A stretch of 24,000 nt of DNA, taken from Halobacterium salinarum DSM 3754. GTDB lineage: Archaea > Halobacteriota > Halobacteria > Halobacteriales > Halobacteriaceae. This document shows positions 16,242 to 22,874 of this stretch, in pieces. The position numbers were made by a program, and so were the translations under genes. The stretch is taken from the NCBI RefSeq assembly GCF_008124605.1, contig NZ_VRYN01000001.1:212772-236771 (forward strand). The letters are read 5' to 3'. The notes under the pieces are model-generated. The model did not search any database and was not told the origin of the DNA. It worked only from the letters and a program-made list of their open reading frames with translations. How positions within the stretch are numbered: the first letter of the stretch is position 1; each line of letters opens with the position of its first letter.

Positions 16242-16247
16242 CTATAA
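16242..16247 (-). promoter_or_regulatory. TATA-like TTATAG at -31..-26 of the PCD ATG
   Basis: The minus strand reads GGGTTATAGGGCTGGCTGGCGTTCGTCGATCCGTATG. Confidence 0.35.
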
Positions 16248-16279
16248 CCCTACGCGGACAGGAGACCCACCAGACAGTG

Positions 16280-17590
16280 TCAGTCCTCGGATTCGGCGGA
16301 CGCCGCGTCCCCGCCGCGCGACGCGTCGAACGGCATGCCGTCCTCGAATTCGGGGTTGAACAGTTCGAGCGCGGTCGCGATCGTCGACCAGTCGTCCTCG
16401 GCGGCGGCGTCCCGGAGGCTCTTCGTCGGGGCCGCAAGCAGCTGGCTCACCAGCGCGTCCGCCATCGACTCCACGACCTCGCGCTCGTCGGCGGACAGCG
16501 ACCCGGATTCGGCCTCCAGGCGGTGGACCGCGGTCTGTACCTCCCGGCTTTTGAGGCGGTCGGCGCTCTCGTACATGCGCGCGATCACCTCGTCGGCGCG
16601 CTTGCGCTTGTACTGGGTGAGCAGCCGCTCGAACTCGGTTTCGATCATCGCCTCGACCTCGCGGGCGGCGTCCTCGCGGCGCTCGCGGGTCGCCGCCGTC
16701 ACCGCCTCCAGGTCGTCGAGGTCGTGGACCGCAACGCCGTCGTGGCCGCCAGCGCCCGGCGCGACATCGCGGGGCTGTGCGAGATCGACCACCACGGTGT
16801 CACCGGCGTCCGCGAACGCGCTGGCGGGGAGCACGTGCTCGGGGCTGCCGGTGGCGGTGACCACGACGTCCGCGGCGTCGAGACGCCCGCGGGCGTCGGC
16901 CAGCGTCGTGGCTTCGGCGGGCACCGACACCATGTCCGCGACCCGGACGGCGCGGGCCGGCGTGCGGTTGGCGATCACGATCTCCGCGACGGTCGCGCTC
17001 GCGAACGCCTTCGCGGCGAGCGCGCCCATCTCGCCGGCACCGACGACGACAGCCCGGGCGTCGGCCAGCTGCGTCTTCCGCTCGGCGAGGCGCACGGCCG
17101 CCGTGCCGAGCGAGGTCGCGCCCTCGTTGATCGCGGTTTCGGTGCGCGCGCGCTCCCCGACGTGCATCGCCTTGGTCACGGCTTCCCGGAGCACGTGGTC
17201 GATGCCGCCCGCGTCTTTGGCGGCGTCGTAGGCGTCTCGGAGCTGTCCCAGGATCTGGTCCTCCCCGACCACGAGCGATTCGAGACCCGCCGCCACGCGA
17301 AGCAGGTGGCGGAGGCTGTCCTCATGCCCCATCGAGATCGCCCCGCCCCCCGCGGGGTTGAATCCGGCCCCACCGAGCGCACGGCGACCCGACGCCTGAT
17401 CGGCGGTGACGACGTACGCTTCCACGCGGTGGCACGTCTGGAGCACGAACGCTTCCTCGACTGGTGGCTGCTCCAGCAGCGCGTCCAACGCCGCCTCCGT
17501 GGACGCGGCGCTGGCGGCAGCCAGTTCATCTAGTGAGGCCGTCTCGTGCGAGACGCGAACGCCAGAGACGACACCAGTGTTCCCATTCAT
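16280..17590 (-). CDS. hemA: Glutamyl-tRNA reductase
   Basis: Family features are present: LQTCHRVEAYV (catalytic Cys), the NADPH fold VVVGAGEMGALAAKAF and a C-terminal dimerisation helix. I chose the ATG at 17590 (MNGNTGVVSGVRVSHE...) rather than the track start at 17680. That ATG overlaps the sirC stop in an ATGA, and the extra 30 codons are R-rich and lie inside sirC. Confidence 0.9.
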   Translation of the reverse strand: MNGNTGVVSGVRVSHETASLDELAAASAASTEAALDALLEQPPVEEAFVLQTCHRVEAYVVTADQASGRRALGGAGFNPAGGGAISMGHEDSLRHLLRVAAGLESLVVGEDQILGQLRDAYDAAKDAGGIDHVLREAVTKAMHVGERARTETAINEGATSLGTAAVRLAERKTQLADARAVVVGAGEMGALAAKAFASATVAEIVIANRTPARAVRVADMVSVPAEATTLADARGRLDAADVVVTATGSPEHVLPASAFADAGDTVVVDLAQPRDVAPGAGGHDGVAVHDLDDLEAVTAATRERREDAAREVEAMIETEFERLLTQYKRKRADEVIARMYESADRLKSREVQTAVHRLEAESGSLSADEREVVESMADALVSQLLAAPTKSLRDAAAEDDWSTIATALELFNPEFEDGMPFDASRGGDAASAESED

Positions 17591-18249
17591 GTCGACCAAT
17601 CTACGTCGCCGACGGCTCGCGCAACGGCGGCCTCGGCTCTCACTCGAGGGTTGGCATCTCCCGTACGTAAAGCCTTCCAAACCGGCGTCGAGCGGACGAC
17701 GGCGCGCACTGCGTCCCGTCGCTCAGCGGGTGATAACCCTGTCGACCGAAGGTCGTCCCGGATGCGCCCGGTCAACACCGCCATCCCGCCGGCCCCCGCG
17801 AACTCCTCGTCGATGCGCTCCCGCAGGTGCTTGGACAGCGCGGGGCTGCGCCCGCCGGTCGACACGGCGATCGTCACCGGCGGATCGCCGGCCGTCGCCG
17901 GGACGACCACGTCGCCGCTGTGGTCCCGATCCCCGGCGACGTCGGCGCGGTTCACGAGCGCGCCCGCGTCACGGGCCGCGGCTGCGAACGCCGCGTTCAC
18001 GTCGCTGTCGCTGGTCGCCGCGACCACCAGCGCCGGGTCGACGCGGGCCACCCAGTCGGCCGCCCCATCGGGGTCGGGGGCGGCCCGGACGCGGTCGGCG
18101 TCCCCGAACTCGCGGTCGCCGAACGCCGGCGACACCACCACGACCCGGTCGGCTTCGGCGGCGAACCGCCGGGCCTTCCGGGCGCCGACGGCTCCGCCGC
18201 CGACCACCAGGACCGATGCCCCGTGGAAGTCGTGTAGTAGCGGGATCAT
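17587..18249 (-). CDS. Precorrin-2 dehydrogenase / sirohydrochlorin ferrochelatase (CysG N-terminal / Met8-like)
   Basis: ATG start, 220 aa. It has the N-terminal Rossmann motif VLVVGGGAVGARKARRF and Met8/SirC-like length and organisation. The stop overlaps the hemA start by 4 nt. Confidence 0.8.
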   Translation of the reverse strand: MIPLLHDFHGASVLVVGGGAVGARKARRFAAEADRVVVVSPAFGDREFGDADRVRAAPDPDGAADWVARVDPALVVAATSDSDVNAAFAAAARDAGALVNRADVAGDRDHSGDVVVPATAGDPPVTIAVSTGGRSPALSKHLRERIDEEFAGAGGMAVLTGRIRDDLRSTGLSPAERRDAVRAVVRSTPVWKALRTGDANPRVRAEAAVARAVGDVDWST

Positions 18250-18256
18250 GGCGCGG

Positions 18257-19315
18257 TCACTCCGTGTTCGCGTCCGCGCGCTCGTCCAGCCGGATGCCGG
18301 TTTTCTTCAGAATGCGCGTCGAAAAGAGGGTGTCCCAGTCGTCGTCAGTGACGTCCCAGTGGTCGTCCATCACCGACCGGACACGCTCGACGCGCGCCTC
18401 GCTTTCGGCCTCGCTGCGGCCGTGTGTCATCGCGAAGAAGTTGTACTCCCAGACGCCGTCGTGGCGGGGGCGCTGGTAGCAGTGGGTCACGAAGTCCAGC
18501 CCCGCGACCGCCGGCCCGACGTCGTCGACGGCGTCATCGGGCACGTTCCAGACGGTCATGCCGTTTTCCGTGTACCCCAGCGCGTAGTGGTTGGGGATCA
18601 CGCCGACGCGGCGCACCATCCCGGATTCGTTGAACCGGCGCAGCGTCGCCACCACCCACTCGGGGTCGCGGCCGATGTCGTCGGCGACCGCACAGTACGG
18701 CGTCTCCACGACCGGCAGCCCGTCCTGAACGGCCACCACGAGGTCGCGCTCGGCGGGGGTGAGCGTGTCCCGGCCGGTCGGCTCGGGGGTCGTGCCGAGA
18801 TGCGAGAGGTCGACGTCGCCGTCCGGGATGGGGCCGTCGACGAGGAACTTGGCTTCCACGCGGAACTCCTGTTGTTTCGGGAGGTTGTACGTCTCCTGGC
18901 CGGTTTCGGCTTCGATCTCCGCGAGCACGTCCGCGACCTCGCGGTCGGCGACCGACACCACGAACCACATGTTCAGGTGCGGGTGTTCGCGCTCGTAGTT
19001 GTGCGCCACCGCCTGGATGTCGTTGACGGTGTCCGCGATCTCGTCGAAGCGGTGCTCGGGCGCGTGCATCGCCACAAGCGAGGCCGCGCCGCCGATCTCC
19101 TCGGCGTTGATGAGCGCGCCGAACCGCGTCAATACCCCGTTCTCGTCGAGTGTCCGAACCCGGTCGCGGAGCTCCGTCGCGGAGAACTCAACCCCCCGGG
19201 ACCGGAGCGCCTCGGCCGCGGGTTCGAACGGGCGCTGCACGACCGGGAACCCCCCCTGAAACGCGTTCAGGACGGCGCGATCCCGGTCGTCCAAATCCCC
19301 GATATCCATGCCCAT
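18257..19315 (-). CDS. Siroheme decarboxylase, fused AhbA/AhbB-type (two Lrp/AsnC-like NirD/L/G/H repeats), alternative heme pathway
   Basis: 352 aa with two tandem repeats (DRDRAVLNAFQGGFPVVQRPF... and PAERDLVVAVQDGLPVVETPY...), typical of NirDL/AhbAB proteins. The second ATG at 19309 may be the true start, because the TTTATTTA box at 19332-19339 is centred about 27 nt upstream of it. Confidence 0.8.
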   Translation of the reverse strand: MGMDIGDLDDRDRAVLNAFQGGFPVVQRPFEPAAEALRSRGVEFSATELRDRVRTLDENGVLTRFGALINAEEIGGAASLVAMHAPEHRFDEIADTVNDIQAVAHNYEREHPHLNMWFVVSVADREVADVLAEIEAETGQETYNLPKQQEFRVEAKFLVDGPIPDGDVDLSHLGTTPEPTGRDTLTPAERDLVVAVQDGLPVVETPYCAVADDIGRDPEWVVATLRRFNESGMVRRVGVIPNHYALGYTENGMTVWNVPDDAVDDVGPAVAGLDFVTHCYQRPRHDGVWEYNFFAMTHGRSEAESEARVERVRSVMDDHWDVTDDDWDTLFSTRILKKTGIRLDERADANTE

Positions 19316-19331
19316 ACGTCAGGAGTCGCGG

Positions 19332-19339
19332 TAAATAAA
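19332..19339 (-). promoter_or_regulatory. TATA-like TTTATTTA upstream of ahbAB, inside the loop of a 7-bp-stem hairpin (19322-19328 / 19345-19351)
   Basis: This is the only AT-rich element in the 57-nt gap. It is flanked by ggagtcg and cgactcc. It could also act as the 3'-end signal for the upstream 138-aa gene. Confidence 0.4.
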
Positions 19340-19372
19340 CAGCCCGACTCCATCCCGGATCGCTGGAATCGG

Positions 19373-19789
19373 CTACGCCTCGAAGCCGTCCTCGGTGACG
19401 GCGACGACGGACGTCACGCCGTCGCAGTCACGGATGCCGTCCAGGATGGCAGCGTGGTCGTCGGTGGCCTCCCAGTACAACACGACGGCGAACGCCCCGT
19501 CCCGGAGGAGTTGCTGGCACTCCCAGACGAACGCGTCGTCGTCGAGGATGCGGCCCTGGTGTTGGTTGACGCCGAAGTCGCTGTCGTCGTTGCCCGAGTA
19601 CACGTACGTGTCGCCGTCCGCGACGTGGTCGGCGACGACCTGGCCGGCGTCGAGCGTGAGCTGGTGGAGCTTGCTCTCCTCGTCGTTGTCGTACGTGGTG
19701 TGGATGACTGCCCCTGCAAGCGTCACGTCGCCGGGCTGCAGCAACGCGACGGTGTCGCGGTAGAGGTCTGCGTTCGCCGTCTCGCTCAT
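19373..19789 (-). CDS. Conserved-looking acidic hypothetical protein (138 aa)
   Basis: ATG start with G/C-rich third positions like the neighbouring genes. The product is a very acidic soluble protein (MSETANADLYRDTVALLQPGDVTLAGAVIHTTYDNDEESK...). I recognise no family. Confidence 0.6.
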   Translation of the reverse strand: MSETANADLYRDTVALLQPGDVTLAGAVIHTTYDNDEESKLHQLTLDAGQVVADHVADGDTYVYSGNDDSDFGVNQHQGRILDDDAFVWECQQLLRDGAFAVVLYWEATDDHAAILDGIRDCDGVTSVVAVTEDGFEA

Positions 19790-19925
19790 ACCACACGTGT
19801 GCCGTGTCTCGGGCTTACGTGTGGCGGTTGCCGGCGCGCGCCGTGGTCGTCGGGCGACGCCACGCCCGGGCGTGTGGCGCAGCGAACAGAAGGCTCATAC
19901 GTGAGAGTGCTGTCGTCTCTTGGTA

Positions 19926-20834
19926 ATGCGAACTCGGCTGTGGGACGCCGCCAGCGCCGTCTACGAGCGTCTCCTGACCAGAGAGATCGACGGCGCGCCG
20001 GCCCACGTCGCGGTCATCCAGGACGGGAACCGGCGGTACGCCCGCGAGCACGGCGACGACCCGACCGACGGCTACCAGTCGGGCGCGCGGACGACCGAGC
20101 GCGTCCTGGAGTGGTGTTCGGACCTGGGCGTCGAGGAGCTCACGCTGTACGCGTTCTCCACGGAGAACTTCGAGCGCCCGCCCGACCAGCAACAACACCT
20201 GTTCGACCTGCTCGAATCGAAGCTCCGGGAGTTCGCGGACGCCGACCGCGTCCACGCCGACCGCGTGCGGATCCGTGCCATCGGCGACACCGGTCGCCTC
20301 CCCCAGCGCGTCCGGGACGCCATCACGTACGCGGAATCCCGGACGGCGGGCTACGACGGGTTCACGCTGAACGTCGCGCTGGCGTACGGCGGCCGCGACG
20401 AGCTGCTCACCGCCGCCCGCGGTGTCGCCGACGCGGTCGCCGCCGGCGACCTCGACCCCGCGGACATCGACGCCCAGGCCATCGAATCCCGGCTGCACAC
20501 CAGCCCCGTCCGGGACGTCGACCTCATCATTCGCACCGGCGGCGACGAGCGCACGTCGAATTTCCTGCCGTGGCACGCCAACGGCAGCGAGGCCGCCGTC
20601 TTCTTCTGTACGCCGTACTGGCCGGAGTTCTCGAAAGTCGATCTGCTGCGCGCGATCCGCACGTACGAATCCCGGGCGGCGTCCTGGCGGCAGACCAGAG
20701 CGAAACGCGCGCTCGCACTGGTTCGCGCGCTCGGCAGTGAGGTGGGTGAGGCGCGCCGGGTCCTCGACCGGTTCAAGGGCGCGCTCCCGGATCCGCCCGA
20801 GGATGTCGAGGCGGAGACGCAGTCGGCGGACTGA
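19926..20834 (+). CDS. uppS: cis-Prenyltransferase (undecaprenyl/dolichyl-type diphosphate synthase), catalytic-type subunit
   Basis: Catalytic motifs are present: HVAVIQDGNRRYA, LTLYAFSTENFERP, ALAYGGR and DLIIRTGGDERTSNFLPW. I chose the ATG at 19926; the track starts at a TTG at 19920. The C-terminus (YESRAASWRQ...) lacks the R-x-G motif that E. coli UppS has as RRFGG. Confidence 0.85.
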   Translation: MRTRLWDAASAVYERLLTREIDGAPAHVAVIQDGNRRYAREHGDDPTDGYQSGARTTERVLEWCSDLGVEELTLYAFSTENFERPPDQQQHLFDLLESKLREFADADRVHADRVRIRAIGDTGRLPQRVRDAITYAESRTAGYDGFTLNVALAYGGRDELLTAARGVADAVAAGDLDPADIDAQAIESRLHTSPVRDVDLIIRTGGDERTSNFLPWHANGSEAAVFFCTPYWPEFSKVDLLRAIRTYESRAASWRQTRAKRALALVRALGSEVGEARRVLDRFKGALPDPPEDVEAETQSAD

Positions 20835-20853
20835 GTGCGGCCGAGGGGGCGTT

Positions 20854-21462
20854 TCACCGCCCGAACCGCCGCTGGCGGTTCTGGTAATCAAGCACCGCCC
20901 GCAGGTAGTCGCGTTTCCGGAAGTCCCGCCAGTTGACGTCCGTGAAGTAGAGCTCCGAGTAGACGGACTGCCAGATCATGAAATCCGAGAGGCGTTCGGC
21001 GCCGGTCTTGATCACGAGGTCCGGTTCAGCCGGGAACACGAGTTCGGACTCGATCACGTCCTCGTCGATGGCGTCGGGGTCGAGGTCACCGGCGGCGACT
21101 GCGTCGGCGACGCTCCGCACGGCGGTCGCGAACTCGTGTTTGCCGCCGTGGCCGACGCTCACTTGGATCGGGGCGTCGGCGCGCTCGTCGTCGTCGGGGC
21201 CCCGCACCGCGACCTCGCGGGGCGCAGCGACGTTTCCAAGCTCGCGTTCGAGCGTCGGGACGGCGGCGGCGTCGAGCACGCTCACGTAGACGGTGATGCG
21301 GTCGACGCCGGAGTCGAACGCCCACGCGTAGAAGTCCGCGAGCGTGTCGTACGCGCCGGCCTCCAGGAGATCGCGTTCCGTGATGACGACCGCAGTGTGT
21401 GCGGGTGCCTCGGCGCTGTGGCGGCGCACGCGGGCGGCCAGATAGTAGTCGTACAGGCCCAC
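20854..21462 (-). CDS. Degenerate cis-prenyltransferase paralog (NgBR/Nus1-like, probably non-catalytic) with a C-terminal RXG motif
   Basis: The C-terminal half is very UppS-like: PDLVIKTGAERLSDFMIWQSVYSELYFTDVNWRDFRKRDYLRAVLDYQNRQRRFGR*. The N-terminal catalytic motifs are replaced: AHTAVVITERDLL stands for HVAxIxDGNRRWA, and ITVYVSVLDAA stands for LTLYAFSxEN. I chose the GTG at 21462 (MGLYDYYLAARV...). The longer track ORF is A/S/T-rich junk that overlaps the divergent gene, and a CGCTTTGCA T-run lies at about -29..-27. Confidence 0.7.
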   Translation of the reverse strand: MGLYDYYLAARVRRHSAEAPAHTAVVITERDLLEAGAYDTLADFYAWAFDSGVDRITVYVSVLDAAAVPTLERELGNVAAPREVAVRGPDDDERADAPIQVSVGHGGKHEFATAVRSVADAVAAGDLDPDAIDEDVIESELVFPAEPDLVIKTGAERLSDFMIWQSVYSELYFTDVNWRDFRKRDYLRAVLDYQNRQRRFGR

Positions 21463-21550
21463 GTGTTGGCCATGACGCGCCGCCGTGCAAAGCGTTGTGG
21501 GTCGCGGCTTCGGGGAAGTTAAGTGCGGGGCCGGCAAATCGGAGGCAGAC

Positions 21551-22873
21551 GTGCATTGGAGCCTGCGGCGCGCACTGGCGTTCGCGCTGGTGTCGACGCT
21601 GTCACTTGCGGCCCCCGCGTTCGGCCGTGCAGCCGCAGTGCCGTTCGTGGCCGTCGCCGCCGGGGCGGCGGTGATCACCGACGGCTGGCTGTTCGACGTG
21701 TTGTCGACCGTGCGGGACCGCAACGCGGGGCGACTGCACACGCTCGTGGCGTTCGCACTGGCGGCGGCGATCGCCGCCGTGTTGCTGCCGGCGTTCGGCG
21801 CGCCCGCCGACGTGTTCGTCGCGGCCGTGCTCATCGTCGGCTACGGCGACCTCGGCCGCCGGCTCGTGTTGGCGGTGCGGGAGAACCGCACGCTGTCGAT
21901 GTGCGGGTTCGTTGTCGCGGCCGCCGGCGCTGCCTTCGCGGGCCAGGCCGTGGTCGCCGCGAGCGCCGGTGCGCCGGTGGGACAGCCCCAGTTCGTGTTT
22001 CTGGCGGTGAGCGGGGCGCTGCTGGCGGGGATCATGCGGACACTGTTTGCGCTCCGGGACGCCCCGCTGGTGTTGGGATCGGTGGTCGTTGTGTTGTGGG
22101 TGGTCACGGCGCTGGCACCGCTGGCCGGCGTCCCGACGGTGGCGGCCTGGGAGCGCGTGCTCGTCGCGCTCGCGGTCACGACGGCGTTCGGGTGGGTGTC
22201 GCGTGCGCTCGGCGCGACGTCGATCGCGGGCATGCTCACGGGCGTCTTTCTCGGGTTGCTTGCCGTCGTGCTCGGCGGCTACGGCTGGTTCGTCGTGCTC
22301 GTTGCGTTCTTCGCGGTCGGCAGCTTGGCCACGAAGTTCAAGTACGAGCTGAAGGCCGACCGCGGTGTTGCGGAGCCGAACGACGGCGCGCGCGGCACAG
22401 CCAACGTCTTGGGGAACTCGGCGGCCGCGCTCATCGCGTTGGTGTTGTATGCGGCGCACGCACACGTGCCGTTCGCCGACACGGCGTTCCTGTTCGCGTA
22501 CGCCGGCAGCGTTGCGACGGCGCTGGCTGACACGCTGTCCTCGGAGGTCGGCGGGCTGTTCGACACCCCGCGGCTGGTGACGACGTTCGAGCGCGTCGAC
22601 CCCGGGACCGACGGCGCGGTCACCTGGCAGGGCGAGCTCGCGGGCGTCGTGGGGGCGACGATCATTGCGGTGCTGTCGGTCGCGGTGTTCGGCGTGACGC
22701 TGCGGGGCGGCGGCGTGGTGGTGGCGGCGGGCGTCGCCGGGATGACCGCCGACAGCCTCGCGGGCGCAACCATCGAAGGCCGCGTGCTCACCAACCAGGG
22801 AGTGAACTTCCTGGCGACGCTGACCGGCGCTGCGGTCGGCGGTGCGCTCGCGCTCGCTGTCGGCGTCGCGTGA
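21551..22873 (+). CDS. Polytopic membrane protein: C-terminal DUF92/TMEM19 (COG1836, VTE6-like) module fused to a multi-TM N-terminal module of about 220 aa
   Basis: A GTG at 21551 lies 5 nt downstream of a GGAGG at 21541-21545, and a GTTAAG element lies at about -33..-28. The C-terminal module from about 22230 has DUF92-like motifs: FFAVGSLATKFKYELK, ANVLGNSAAA, LADTLSSEVG and GTDGAVTWQGELAGVVGA. The N-terminal module has about 6 hydrophobic segments with RDRNAGRLH and GYGDLGRRL motifs. Confidence 0.75.
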   Translation: MHWSLRRALAFALVSTLSLAAPAFGRAAAVPFVAVAAGAAVITDGWLFDVLSTVRDRNAGRLHTLVAFALAAAIAAVLLPAFGAPADVFVAAVLIVGYGDLGRRLVLAVRENRTLSMCGFVVAAAGAAFAGQAVVAASAGAPVGQPQFVFLAVSGALLAGIMRTLFALRDAPLVLGSVVVVLWVVTALAPLAGVPTVAAWERVLVALAVTTAFGWVSRALGATSIAGMLTGVFLGLLAVVLGGYGWFVVLVAFFAVGSLATKFKYELKADRGVAEPNDGARGTANVLGNSAAALIALVLYAAHAHVPFADTAFLFAYAGSVATALADTLSSEVGGLFDTPRLVTTFERVDPGTDGAVTWQGELAGVVGATIIAVLSVAVFGVTLRGGGVVVAAGVAGMTADSLAGATIEGRVLTNQGVNFLATLTGAAVGGALALAVGVA

Positions 22874-22874
22874 G

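Noticed and set aside
17591-17680. A 30-codon N-terminal extension of hemA.
   Set aside because: It lies inside the sirC coding region and is R/C-rich. The ATG at 17590 forms the classic ATGA overlap with the sirC stop.
21463-21834. A 124-codon N-terminal extension of the UppS paralog, and the upstream GTG at 21485 for the DUF92 gene.
   Set aside because: The extension is an A/S/T/N-rich string antisense to the first TM segments of the divergent membrane protein. UppS-like alignment starts at LYDYYLAARV. For the + gene, the 22 extra codons (MQSVVGRGFGEVKCGAGKSEAD) precede the first hydrophobic segment and would remove the promoter space.
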